Assembly (NCBI GenBank): GCA_002269645.1
Contig: NIVC01000646.1
Span: forward strand, 310,001-374,000
DNA length: 64,000 nt
Origin: Macrostomum lignano
Taxonomy: Eukaryota
Direction: 5' to 3'
Made by a program: the position numbers and the translations under genes. Below the pieces are notes generated by a model. That model ran no database searches. It worked only from the letters and a program-made list of their open reading frames with translations, and was not told the DNA's origin. Numbering within the stretch: the first letter of the stretch is position 1; each line of letters starts with the position of its first letter. Below, one piece after another: positions 15,306 to 28,312 of this stretch.

Positions 15306-18300
15306 ATGCAAAACTGGCTGCATCCAGCCGACCTCTTGAGGCTGCTGGTACTAACTGTGAGCCTCTTCAGCGGCTGCCCGGTCCTTGAAGCGTCCACCAG
15401 TAACGTTACGTTCCACGTGGAGGAGAACGGACCACAGCCGCTGCAGCTGGTCGGCTCTGTGCAGTCCGGCGGTTGCCAGGCTCCCTTCAACTCGTTCAAC
15501 ATCCCGAATGAGGCGCTCAGCCTGGACCGGGAATCCGGCAATGTGCGGACGCAGACCAGGCTGGACAGAGAGCTGCAAGCGGCCTACACCTTCGACGTAA
15601 TCTGCAGCACCTCCATCGTCCACGTGCTTGTTGTCGTAGACGACAAGAATGACTGCTATCCGACTTTCCAGAATGCCACCCTGGTCTTGCACCGGCCGGA
15701 GAACATTCCAACTCCGACGGCGCTGCCGCTAATGTACGTCGAAGACCTGGATTCGGAGCCGAACTCCATCGACAGGGTGGAGATCACAGCCGGAAATGCT
15801 GACAATCGCTTTGCGGTGCAGCAGCGACAGCAGGTGGGCCGGCCGACCCGCTTCGACTTGGTGTTGGTGCTACAGACACCGCTGGACTACGAGTCAGCCA
15901 GCTCGTACAGCCTTCAACTGACGGCCTACGACAAGCGGGGCTTGACTGGCACGGCCAATGTTGTACTCAACGTTAACAACGTGAACGATGAGAGTCCGGT
16001 GTTTACGCAGTCTTTATATCAGGTGAACGTCACCGAGAATACCACAATTGGTACAGAAGTAATCCAGGTGCGAGCCAACGATCGCGACCTGGGCGAGTTC
16101 AACACCGTGCGCTACTACATCAATAACGAAGTGTCGGACCCGGACCGCCACTTTGCGATGGACCCGGTGACAGGAAGCATTCGTCTGGCCAAGACACTGG
16201 ACTACGAGTTGCGTCAGTTGTACTCCATCGTAGTCGTGGCCACGGACGGCGTCAACAATGGCTCAGCCAATGTGGTCGTCCGAGTTATCGATGTCAACGA
16301 TAGACCACCGCAGGTTACGCTGTTAAACCTGACCACAGGAGGCCAGGTTCTTCAGAGCGCGGTGATCGGCCAGCCGGTAATGCGGATAGAGGTAACAGAC
16401 CCGGACAGGCCGCTGGACCCGGTGCAAGTAGTCCTATCCATGAGCACTTTTGAGTTCAAGCTGACCGCCTTAGATAAGAACATATTCGTAATCCAAGTCA
16501 ACTCTAGCCTGAGCCCGCAGCTCTACATCATGACCCTAACGGCTATTGACTCGGGCGATCCGCCCCTGACAACTACAGTCAGCATCGGCATCCAGGTGCT
16601 GGCTAGCAACGATCACGCGCCAGAGTTTACGAAAGTAAATTATCACGCAACAGTGGGCTCGAGCACCTCGTCTGGATTTCAAGTAGTTCAAGTCCAGGCC
16701 GCTGATCCTGACCGGACGACTGTCAGCTATTCGATGACACCGGCTTCCGCATCGGATGCTGGCTTCTTCGACATCAACTTGGCGACAGGCTGGATAACGG
16801 TGGGCTCCAAGCGGTTAGTTTGCGGTTCATTCGCCATGCAAATCCACGCTGCTGACAGCGGCTCGCCGCCACGAGTGAGCAACGCCACTCTAGTTGTATT
16901 CGTCACCGACAGCAATCAGTATTGGCCGCGATTCCAGAAGCCTTTTTATTCGGTCACTTTGCCGAAAGCTGGCGTGACGTCCTGCTTTTCGCAAGTTCAT
17001 GCCACTGATCGCGACTGCGGAGCCGCCTTGAGCTACTCGTTCTCGGAGAACGTGAGCTCAGCCTACGGCTCGCTATTCACATCGACCTACTCTGTGGACA
17101 GCTACACCGGTTACATCTGCGTGTCCAATGCCTCAAACGCTCTGGCCTTTGGCAACCTGATACAGCTACCAATCAGAGTTTTAGATTCCGCAGCGGGTGT
17201 GGCCAAGGCGAGCTACTCTCTGTTCCAGCTGAGCATATCAGATATCGGCCCAAGCGCTCCAAACAGATTCCCGCTGACGAACTATCGAATTGACCTGAGT
17301 GAGAGCTATCCAACAAACGTGGCCATATTGTCAGTAGCGGCCATCGGTGGGGCGGATTACTCGCTAGTCAGCTCCAGCAGCTACTTCACTATGTTCGGCA
17401 ATGGCACACTGGCACTTGCGAGCTCACTGGACTATGAAACTGGGCCCAGAGCGTTCTCTCTTACGATTGTCAGCGGTGCGAGTCTTTCAGCTAATCTGAT
17501 AATTAGTGTGAGCGTCCTGGATGAGAACGACAATTATCCGAACTGCTCAGTCGTGGAGAAGAGCCTAGCAGTGGCTGATAACTCTCCCCAAAGCACACAA
17601 ATCATCCAGTTTGCCTGTACAGATCCGGACACGGGGCCCGGCCTGGTATACACAGCCGACTTCGACAACTTTGCCGTGAGCAGCGGCGGTTCGCTGACCG
17701 TGAAGAATAGCATCACTCACCTGGCTGGACAGACGGTGACTCTGCCTGTGAAGGTCTGTGATCCAGACATGCAGTGCGTGAACTTCACGACCAGCGTGCG
17801 AGTTATCGACACCAACGATCACTCACCGGAGTTCTCCCAACCGGCTGGCTACTGGTTCAGGACGCCCGAAAATGTTTCTCCAGGGACCGCCTTGGGAACA
17901 GTGCTGGCTACGGACATGGACCTGGGTCTCAATGCGGCGGTGAAATATCGACTGATCGATCCCAGCGGCAGTTTTACCATCGGAGAGTTAAGCGGTACGT
18001 TAAAAACGTCGGCTCCACTCGATCGGGAAACTTTGAGCTCGTACTCACTTAAGGTCGAAGCCTACGATGTAGGATCTCCGAGTCGAACTGCAACTGTCCA
18101 GGTAGCAGTCATAGTTACTGACGTCAACGATGTTGCACCGAAATTTCGACTCAAAAGCTACGCCGTGTCCGCCACTGATCAAACACCTGCTGCGGCCAGT
18201 CTTCTAGTAGTGGACGCAACCGACCCCGACCTTGGACTCGGAGCAACTCTCAGCTTCAGTCTCAGCGGCCCTGTGTCCGAATATTTGTCCGTGAATAGGG

Positions 18301-20763
18301 TTACAGGGGTCTTGTCAACTGTAAAGCGTCTGACGCCGGGTCATTGGATCGGTCTGCTGACTGTAAGCGATGGTGGCGACTTAACTGACACTTCCCAGTT
18401 ATCCCTGACCATCTCACGAGTGCCCGTCTGGCCCAACAGTTCTGTGCTCATGACGGCTAGCGAGTCAGCCAAAGTTGGTCACCTTGTTGGTCAAATCAAA
18501 GCTCCATCGACAAAGGCGTATTATACGTTGCAAGCGGCAGCGGATGGAGCTTTTTGGGTGTCTGTGAACTCTGGAAAGATCTACGTGAACCGACCTTTAG
18601 ACAGAGAAGCTGTCTCGGTTCACACGTACGAAATATTGGTTACCGACGCCACAGAGAGAGCCCCCGGCCGGCCTCAGTCTTCAACTGTCTCCCTAACCAT
18701 CTCTATACTGGACGAGAATGACAACGCACCGAGAATTGGTGACGAAGACTTGTCTCCAACAATCAGCGTAGCAGAAGACCTGCCCGGTGGCTCACTGATT
18801 CACACCTTCTCTGTAACTGATCCAGACCTAGGCTTGAACGGAACAATCGCGTATTTTTTAGCTGAGCCAACGGCACTCTTTGCGATCGATGAAAAGGCTG
18901 GAAAGCTCGTCATACTGCAGTCGCTAGATCGGGAGACACTCGGTGAAGCAACGCAAATAGGAGTTTTTGTGACCGATAGATGTCAAACTGTTCCTCTTTG
19001 CTCAAAAACTAGAGCAGTAATCGTCACCATAGTTATTAAGGATGTAAACGACCATGCTCCTAGTCTGTCATTCGATACCGGCGCTTTCTATCTTTCCACA
19101 GATAAAGCTGGTGCGATAATTTCCCATGTTGAAGGCGTCGATAATGACCCGGGGTTAAATGGCACCCTATCGTTCAGCGTCAGTCCCGCTGACGCGGTAG
19201 CTATAGACGAGTTCGGTCTGGTGCGGCTGCTAGCCGCTGGAACAGCGACAGTCGCAGTGAACGCGTCCGCAACAGACAGTGGCCCGCTGAGCTCGCGTCA
19301 AACAAATTGGCGCTCAACCGACATTCCCTTCGTGAGCTTCGGAGGCGCTGACAAGCCAAAGTTCCAGCAGTCTATTTACAGTACAAGTATTAGCTCGCGA
19401 GCTGCTCAGGGCCAGGATGTGGTCTTGCTAGACGCTCAGAAACGAGTAGGATCGCTGGAATTCCGCCTACCCTATGGCCTCTATGACAATTTGTTTTCGA
19501 TTGATCCGGTCATTGGCCAGGTACGACTGGCCCGGCCGCTTCCCGATGACTATCGGCTTACCTACCGGCTGACCGGCCTCCTGGCTGACAAGGCAAGCCG
19601 CCCCAGCCGTCTTGGCACCACCGAAGTTGCCGTGAATTTGGTGGACGCAAACGAGCACGCGCCGGTGTTTCTCAGCGCCTACTACACGGATGTGCCGGAG
19701 GGCCAGGCGTACTCCGGCCTGCTCACTTTGGCTGCCTACGATCTGGACCGCGGACCGGCAGGCGAAGTCACGTACGCCATCGAGGGCAGCGGTGGGCTGC
19801 AGTTCATTCTGGATCCAAAGAGCGGCGAGCTCTCCTGCTCAGCGCTGGACTCCTCAGCAGCCAGCCAGTATCTGCTGAATGTGACAGCCACAGACGGCGG
19901 AGGCCTTGTTGGCCGCACCACTGTGACTGTCCGGGTGCTCCCAGTGAATCGATTTGCTCCGACATTCCAACGCGGCCTCTACACGACCGCTGTGTCCGAG
20001 AACGCCCCAGTTGGCGCCTCGGTGCTGAATGTAACCGCAACGGATCGTGACGCTGGCGTTAATGGCCGAGTGACCTACTCCCTGCTGGGCAAGCCCGACA
20101 CTGTCGGCATCGACCCGGACACTGGGGAGATCCGACTGGCGCGGCGTCTGGACAAGGAGCTGGAGTCGTTCGTGTCAGCATCTGTGATCGCCACCGACTA
20201 CAGCCAGGAGAATCCAATGTCTTCCATGGTCAACGTCGAAATCGAAGTGCTCGACGCCAATGACGAGCGACCGGTGTTCCAGACTGCTTATTACTATTAC
20301 CAAGTCAGCGCCCCTCTCGCACCTGGCGCCCTGCTGACGACCCTCAGAGCAACCGACGCGGACAGCTCGCCGGTGAACAGCGCCGTGAAGTACAGCATCG
20401 AGTCCAACGACTTGCTGTCGGTGGACGAAACTTCCGGTCGGGTTACGCTGCTGCGCAGCCTCGCCGCATCGCCCGCTTCAGTCAGCTTCCACTCGTTCGA
20501 AGTGCGGGCCAGAGACACTGGACTGCCGGCACCTCTGACCTCGGTCACTCGGCTTGTTGTGCAGCTGGGCTCCCCGAGTCCGGCTCTCGCATTCGCCTAC
20601 GTCAATTACTCGGCCGCGCTGCCGGAGAACTCGCCAGCTGGAGCCTGTCCGCTCAGCGACGCCACGGCCGCTTGCCTGACGGTGTCGACTGTCCCGCCGG
20701 CCAGCCGGTACGCCATCGTGGCCGGCAATGAGGAGGGAAGATTTGCAATCAATCCATTGACAG
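15306..20763 (+). CDS. ds: Dachsous-type protocadherin, coding exon 1 (signal peptide plus about 17 cadherin repeats)
   Basis: 5.46-kb open frame with a hydrophobic N-terminus and repeated LDRE/LDYE, DxNDNxP and AxDxG cadherin motifs. Phase-1 donor ACAG|GTAAGA at 20763/20764. Confidence 0.93.
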
Positions 20764-22014
20764 GTAAGAGTCCGGCTGGTTTTGTTCCACCCTACATGTA
20801 GTTGGCTACAGCAGTTCTCATGAGTGACCCTCGAGACCGCATACACCAACTCGGGTTCGGAATCGAACCCGAGTAGTTTGGTGTGTTACTCACCCTCCAC
20901 ATCTAGTTCCTATATTCCCATCTCAGCATCGCATAAAAGAGAGCCTTCTTGTGAAGTTTGATAATCTCTTTATAAACTGTGGATTTCTCATTGCTATTCC
21001 CGTCCCACCCAGCATCAGCCCATGGACGCTGCATCAATGCACTGCTCGGCACTCCCGTTAATCTCTCAAGCCTTACTCATTTAGTGGCCTTACCTGACCC
21101 TAAAAGCGGCAAAGCTGAGGTGTGCTCAACACTGAGTTTGCTGATGCAGGCCCATTAGAAGGGGCAAGAGATTGAGTGAGAGCACAGTGCTCAAGGCTCA
21201 GCGATCAAAGCAGGGACCTTAGGTAAGCCTTCTTCAATAAATCTCTCATTAAATAAGAGAAGAAACTAGAGTTACACTAAAAAGAAACGGACACAGAAGA
21301 AGAAGAAGAAGAAGCGACAGGATCAGGAGCTGCAGCCTCTTAAAGCTCTCTTCCTCTTCTTTCTCTCTACCTTATTTCCTCAGCTCTTCCCCTAATTTGG
21401 CTTGAATGGGTGGGGCGCCGACTCATATGGGGATTTGCACTTTTTGCTGTTTGGAACTGCTTTTGACAATCAGTGCTACAATCAATTCTCAATAGATTCT
21501 AGGTATCAAAGTGTACACTGACTGCGCCTGAGAAATATCTGTACTCAGATGTGCAGAGATGACAGAGAGCAGGTATTCTATAACGTGACACTAGAGCACT
21601 AGAGCAGGGTTTAGAATAGCGAAAAAACGGAGCAAAAAAGAATGCAGAGTCAGTGGAGTGTAAATTCTAAGCTCATTCTGAACTGGCGACAGAGGCGACA
21701 CATGCAATCCTAGAGAGCGACAGAGGTAGAGAGAGGCGAACTTTGCTAAATCTACTTTTGCAGTTGACTAGAAAATTGTCTTGTTAAACAAGGCTGCCTT
21801 TGTGTGCCAGGCGGCGGAAAGGGCTGGGGGGGGGGTTGGCGCAGGCACTGCCGCAGTGCTGCAGCCGCTAAGTGGCTCATGCAGACCTTTCGGAGCCACA
21901 GACTCATTCTCGGTGTCCATAATTGCTTGTCTGCCATCTTTTTATGAAGTGAGATGAGTTTGACATGATAGGAACGTCTGGTCGATTGAGCCATCTTTGG
22001 ACCTGAGCACTGGA

Positions 22015-22319
22015 GGGGGTTGTAGCCTAGTGGTTAGAGCGTCGGACTCACGACTTGAAGGTTGAGGGTTCGATTCTCGACCCACTCGAAAAAAATTTGC
22101 GTCTTTGAGCAAGACACTTAACTCTGCATTGCTTCAGTTCACCCAGCTGTAAAATGGGTGCCAGCATTAGCTGGGGTAATTGAGGATGTGTGTGGCGACC
22201 CCCAGTCATTGGACTGAACAGCCGTCCGCAGCCTTCAGATGCGCCGCTCAATAGCTGCGGCTGAGCTGTCGGTTGCACATCTGGCCCAATTAGGGCAGGT
22301 GTAATCAATTATTATTATT
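22015..22319 (+). mobile_element. tRNA-derived CORE-like SINE, full length, in ds intron 1
   Basis: Complete head, core and (ATT)n tail; possible short TSD ACTGGA. Confidence 0.92.
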
Positions 22320-24849
22320 GGTATTTTTATTACTGGAAGGAAATATTGGTTACAGAAAGTGACTTTCACAAGCTAGTGAAAGTGCAGTAACAACGTTTTA
22401 ACATTGAGACAAAAATTTGTTGGTTTTAGAACCCTGTAGAAGTTTATAAACTATATAGTATCCGTATTTGTGCAGAGTTTGATCATACAATATTCATCGC
22501 AGAGCAAACTCAGCGGTAGAGTATACAAACACAGAGTTCTTATCGGCTAGACTCAGTTCTCTTCTCTCTTGCATTTCCGTCTTTGGCCTTAATTTGTGTG
22601 TAATTTGCAAATCACTGGCCAGGCACAAAGGCGGGCGCGATCGCACTCACGCAAGGCCCGCCCCTCAATCCTATTAAAAGGCTATTCTTTTGTGAGTCTC
22701 TCAGCCTCCTTCATCATGTCAGAGTTTGCTCATGTCATGTCTAGCTGACAGGCTTGGCTGACTTCTTTCACTGGCTGTTCCTTATTCTCTCTCTCTCTCT
22801 CTCGCTCTCTCATTCTCAACCTGGCTTCAAAGTGGTTTTGCGAGCCGAAAGGGAGCAAGGCGACTGACTCATCGACCTTAACTCTGCACAATCAGGTGCG
22901 TTTCTCTCTCTCTCTCTTGTATCGAGCCATCCGCTTTAGAAATCCCCCAAGCTTCAAATGGATTCCCGAAATGTCGCCTGATTCAAATAGTCGCAAAAAA
23001 GTACTTAAAGTTTGAACAAAACGAATTTGCGTAGACCATCAAGGAGAAACTTCCTCATTTTTCCACTCTTGCAAGCTTTCTCTCTCTCTCGCGGTCCACG
23101 CAGATTCTATATTTTACGATTGAAAACTCCCGAGGTCCAAGAGGCCTGCACCAACTTACGCTCCTATGATCGGGGTTTATTGGCCATGCAAACGCTGCTA
23201 GGAAGTGGAAACGGCGGCATTTTAGTGCGCCTGCCCTCCCGTCAAAAAAATAAGAAGCCAGCCGCCCCCCCCCCAGACCGCCACCTTTGCCACAGCAATT
23301 TCCTGCCCGCGGTGACAAGAATGCAGCCGCTACAATTTATGGCCCAGTTGTCTGAGGTCCGGGATTGGGACCGCATCACGGGGCTGGAAATGGAGAAAAA
23401 AAGGGAAAATATTGAAACACGCACGATACTAGAGGTTTTATGTGCATTCAGCCGTACTCAAATTGTGACATGATGGAGAATATTGTCTAAAAAAGCAAGT
23501 AGAAAGAATTTTAGAAAAAAAGCAGTATTGCACCGTAGTGCTATGAATTCCCTTGAGGTAGCGCTAACTGATTTTAACAGACAACCTCCCTCGAGCAGTT
23601 CGATAAGCTTTGGATCTTCATCTCTCACGTCCAGCTTCCTTGGGGATTTGGGAAGCAAGGTGGGCGTCAGGGCTTCGGGTTATTTTGATTTGCGCGAAAT
23701 AATTACTTGGAGCTGGGAGAGGCTGGGGAGATGAGGGGAGATCAGAGAGTTTTGCCCTCCCTGGCTGCTTTTTCCGATGCAGCAGCAGCCGTCTCGCGCA
23801 CCCCCCGTCGAGAAGCAGCAGATGCCGCCGGGGCAGCCTCCAATACTCGATCTCGGCAGTCTCCGCGAGTATTAAACTGAACACAGGAGGTCTTGTTAAG
23901 AAGGGAGGAAGACCCCCAGGGGGCTTGGGGGCTGCCGGAGCCTGCGCGGGATAGACGGAACCAAGAATTAGTGTCAGCTGCTTGGGATTTCAGTATGCGG
24001 TATCCATGCAATGCTTTCCCTACTCGCCATTTCCTCCTTGACACCCCGCCCTGAGGGGATTTTTCCGGGAGGGGATAAGCATCTCTCCGAGCCTATAGGA
24101 GTAGAAATCTGCCAGTCGGTCTGACTGTCTGGTCCTAAGTGATTCGGTCTGGCATATCGCCTTTTCAACTTTATACTGTTGGCTGCTTCTTAGTTTCTTG
24201 TATCGCTAGTTGATATTCTTAACCTACAGCAAGATTCAGAACACAGGTTGAATCTTGTGTTCTGAACACAGGTTGCTGTTAATCCCCTGTCAATCACGAT
24301 TGGAGTCCACTTGCTTTTCCATATTATAAAGTCGCAGTCCAAGATTTGGACTTCCTATAAAAGTTGAGAGTTTCCCACGTTCATTCAGGCTAATTCTCAC
24401 GGGGCTTAACCTCGCAGCATTCTATTCAGTAGTGTATTAGCTATATGGTTTAGCGTAGGGGTCACAAAACTCAGGTCAGCCATGCAAATGAGCTTCTTTA
24501 GAAAATAAGAGCTTTCTAGAATGGTTTACTTACGTGAACTTCACGAAAAGCTATAGTCTCGAAGTTCTCAGGCCTGCGGAGTATGGACCTTATTTCTCTT
24601 ACTCTCAAAGTTAAGGAATAAAGACTAATTAAAGTCAATAGTTAGATATAATTTAATTTGAATAAGTAAGACCATTAACAGAATTCAGGGTATCAAGAAT
24701 TCAGGGCTTTCGCCCACTTGACCTTTGACAATTTTTGTTTGATTAATTATCCTTCTCTCTCTACTTAAACACTGCTGCATAAGTTGTTGACAAGTTGAAG
24801 AAGAATATGCGAGCTATAATAGTGACTTAGTGTCTGCGAGATTCTGCGA

Positions 24850-25230
24850 CAGGCCGATTCAGAGGGAGTAGACAGGCCGATTCAGAGGGAGTAGACAGGC
24901 CGATTCAGAGGGAGTAGACAGGCCGATTCAGAGGGAGTAGACAGGCCGATTCAGAGGGAGTAGACAGGCCGATTCAGAGGGAGTAGACAGGCCGATTCAG
25001 AGGGAGTAGACAGGCCGATTCAGAAGGACACAGGGAGCGGGGAGGCAGATTTAAGGATACGGGGAGCGGGGAGGCAGATTTAAGGATACGGGGAGCGGGG
25101 AGGCAGATTCAAGGATACGGGGAGCGGGGTGGCAGATTTAAGGACACGGGGAGCGGGGTGGCAGATTCAAGGACACGGGGAGCGGGGAGGCAGATTCAGG
25201 GACACGGGGAGCGGGGTGGCAGATTCAAGG
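24850..25230. repeat. Two adjacent purine-rich minisatellites: a 23-bp unit (CAGGCCGATTCAGAGGGAGTAGA) then a ~29-bp unit (GGGAGCGGGGAGGCAGATTTAAGGATACG)
   Basis: Directly visible; the switch occurs near 25025. Confidence 0.92.
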
Positions 25231-25328
25231 ATGTTGACTGATCTATGGGGCAGACAAAAACACCGTGGGAGCAGATTAAAGACTGGTAGCTGACTGACAT
25301 TGGAACCCAACAAAACCCAAACCCCCAG

Positions 25329-25592
25329 GTGCCATAACGGTGGCAACCACCAACGCGTCGGCCCTGGATTATGAAACCCGCCGCAGCCACCGGCTGGTCG
25401 TTCAGGCGTCCACCGCGCAGCAGGCAGCGCTGACTCGAGTCGACATCCGGTTGAGCAACCGGGACGACTGCGGGCCCCGCTTCGCCCAGCTGGTCTACGC
25501 CGCCGTTCTGCCCGAGAAATCGCCCGCGGGCGCACCAGTTGCTCGAGTCTGGGCCATCGACGATGACAGCCGGGTGAAATACCGCCTGCTGA

Positions 25593-25627
<35 letters not shown>

Positions 25628-26175
25628 AGCGGCTTCGCCATCAACGAAGACACCGGGCTGGTGACCGTGGCCACTCCGCCGGACTACAGTCTGCAGTCCA
25701 ACCATTCCTTGGCCGTGGTAGCCGCCTCCGAGGATGACCCGCTGATGACGGCCAAGTGCACTTTGCTGGTCCGCATCGTCAATCTGAACAACCAGAAGCC
25801 GCTGCTGCAACCGACTCCCGACCTGACCTTGGCCGCCGATGCCCGGCCCGGTCAGCGGCTGACCCAGATTCGAGCCACGGACCTCGACGGCTACCCTCCG
25901 CTGGCCTACAGCCTGGCCATCGAGCCGTCGACGCATTCAACGGTGTTCGCCATCGGCCGATTCTCCGGCGACCTCTGGCTGGTTGGCAAACCCGACCGGT
26001 CCGACTTCAACCTCAGCGTGACTGTCGTGGACGGTGGCGAACACTCGGCGTCTGGCAGCTTCCGCGTCCGACTCAACGCCTCGGCTGGCGGCGCCAAGTT
26101 CGTCCGCGGCTTGTTCTTCTTTGCTGCCAGGGTGGGCGCCTCGCTGACAGATCCGGTCGGCACTTTGGAGCTTGT

Positions 26176-26246
<71 letters not shown>

Positions 26247-26758
26247 TGTCCTTGTCGATTGTCGCCGATCCGACGCTGCCACAGCCGCCGCCGTTTCAGC
26301 TGGTCGGCTTGGAACTCCGGCCGAGCCGGGCCGTTCTCGAGGCCGCCGACTTTGCCTTCGTTGTCAAGGCGACGCTGCCGCTGTCGTCCGGATCGACGAC
26401 GACATCCGCCGACTTCGCCACGGTGCTGGTCAGCTATCAGGCCTCGAACTCGCGACCGCCGGCCTTCCGGAATGTCAGCGCCGCCACCGGCGACATCGTG
26501 CTGACGGTGTCGGAGGCGACGCCGATTGGTCGAGCTGTGGGCGTCGCAGTCTGCGTCGACGAGGACGCCGGCCAGACGACGTCAGTTGAGGTGGTCGCCG
26601 CGGCGGGCTCGGAGCCTCCGCCGGTGCAGGCGGTGCGGCACACGGGCCGGCTGGTGCTGACGAAGCGGTTGGACCGGGAGTCTCAGGCGGAGCACCGCTT
26701 CCAGGTGGCCTGCTGGGACAGCGGCCTGCCGAGCCTGGGTGTCAACGCCACCGTCAGG
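25329..26758 (+). CDS. ds: Dachsous-type protocadherin, coding exon 2 (cadherin repeats with two poly-Gly inserts)
   Basis: Acceptor CCCCCAG|G (25328) is phase 1 and gives INPLTG|AITVATTNASALDYE. Phase-0 donor AGG|GTGAGA at 26758/26759. Confidence 0.92.
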
Positions 26759-27324
26759 GTGAGAGAGGATTGAGATTGAGTTGGAGTCAGGATATAGATA
26801 GAGAGAGAGAGATGGGAGATGTAATGAAATTCAAAAAAGCCATTCAAAACGGTTTAAAAGTACAAAATTCAAATCCGCATATGCCCATAGTCATTGGATG
26901 GTATTTCCCTAAATCAACTGGCACAAAAGCACAAGTGCCAGCAAACAATAGAATGAATAAAAAGGACAGAGTTGGAATCTCTATAGAATTACTCATAGTT
27001 ATAGCTAATATAGTTCAGTCCTAATGCAGTTTTGCGGGTTCCAAAAGTGCCAACACAGGGAGGGACTGTCAGTGGCTCACTGCAGCATCCCTCACGTGTG
27101 TGCTCAGTACCCGCTGGGGTGAGCATGTTGGGAGAATCAAAAGAAGAGAATGAATTCTGCGTAGTCAGAGGGCCGCCGCTTGTGCCATTTATTGTGCGCG
27201 ACAAGCAGGAAGGGGGGAGCAAGAGGAGTGTCTGGTTGCCGGGCTGGGAAAGGACACTCAAGCCAGGCAAACTCTCCCCCTGCTGCTGTCAATCAGCTGA
27301 GGAGCGCGGCGCCGGGGGGGGGGG

Positions 27325-27695
27325 TTTCACTAGGCCGAAATTTCACTTCGCCGAAAGCATCTTCCTTCACAAGGCCGAAACTTCACTAGGCCGAAACTTC
27401 ACATTGCGGAAAAATCATTTTAGCAGCCTCTTTCACTAGGCCGAAACTTCACTAGGCCGAAACTTCACTAGGCCGAAACTTCACTTTGCCAAAATGATTA
27501 GCACGCTCTTTCATAAGGCCGAAACTTCACTAGGCCGAAACTTCACTAGGCCGAAACTTCACTTTGCCAAAATGATTAGCACGCTCTTTCATAAGGCCGA
27601 AACTTCACTAGGCCGAAACTTCACTAGGCCGAAACTTCACTTTGCCAAAATGATTAGCACGCTCTTTCATAAGGCCGAAACTTCACATTGCCGAA
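27325..27695. repeat. Tandem/nested repeat of CACTAGGCCGAAACTT with a triplicated ~67-bp block; possibly a solo foldback-type arm
   Basis: Repeats are visible. No inverted partner or TSD was found in the window. Confidence 0.8.
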
Positions 27696-27885
27696 AAACC
27701 ATTTTAACCATTTAAACCAAATTAAAGTTTCTCGTTTATAACTTAGTTTCAGCCGCTCTTCAGTTGCTTGAGCTGTCAAGATGATTTTGACACAAGTTTT
27801 TAAATGTAATTTTGAGATTATACCGACGAAAATTTTATTTACAAATTGACTGCAATTGATGGTATCTACCACCGGTTAGTATTCG

Positions 27886-28183
27886 ATAATAATAAATAAT
27901 AATTGATTACACCTGCCCTAATGGCCAGATGTGCAACCGACAGCTCAGCCGCAGCTATTGTGCGGCGCATCTGAAGGCTGCGTACGGCTGTTCAGTCCAA
28001 GGACTGGGGGGTCGCTACACACACTCAATTACCCCAGCTAATGCTGGCACCAATTTTACAGCTGGATGAACTGAAGCAATGCAGAGTTGAGTGTCTTGCT
28101 CAAGGACACAAATTGGTCCAGTGGATCGAGAATCGAACCCCCGACCTTCAAGTTCGACGCTCTAACCACTAGGCTAAACCCCC
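27886..28183 (-). mobile_element. tRNA-derived CORE-like SINE, full length, antisense in ds intron 2
   Basis: Reverse complement of the other copies; head CCCCC at 28179-28183, tail at about 27886-27905. Confidence 0.92.
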
Positions 28184-28186
28184 TAG

Positions 28187-28260
28187 GCCTTAAAAACGGT
28201 CTCTTACTGTGAAGAGCCAATTTAATATTAGAGCAACAGTAAAGGTCACGAAAATTTCGC
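28187..28260 (+). ncRNA. Spliced-leader (SL) RNA-like sequence (variant or pseudogene) in ds intron 2
   Basis: GCCTTAAAAACGGTCTCTTACTGTGAAGAGCCAATTTA closely resembles the Macrostomum SL exon as I recall it (GCCGTAAAGACGGTCTCTTACTGCGAAGACTCAATTTATTGCATG; recalled, not verified). Hairpin GG(T)CTCTT/AAGAGCC is present. The terminal ATG and a canonical Sm site are not evident. Confidence 0.55.
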
Positions 28261-28312
28261 TCATCATGCTAATTAAAGTAGTCACAGGCTGATTTTCTCA
28301 CTGAACCCGCAG

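Noticed and set aside
21752-24168. Nested gene in ds intron 1
   Set aside because: The ORFs are short, overlap on both strands, lack recognisable motifs, and I could not link them by consistent splice sites. The GA-rich tracts may be regulatory but this cannot be shown.
24238-24285. Hairpin TTCAGAACACA...TGTGTTCTGAA
   Set aside because: Looks like a local duplication-inversion scar; no other ncRNA features.
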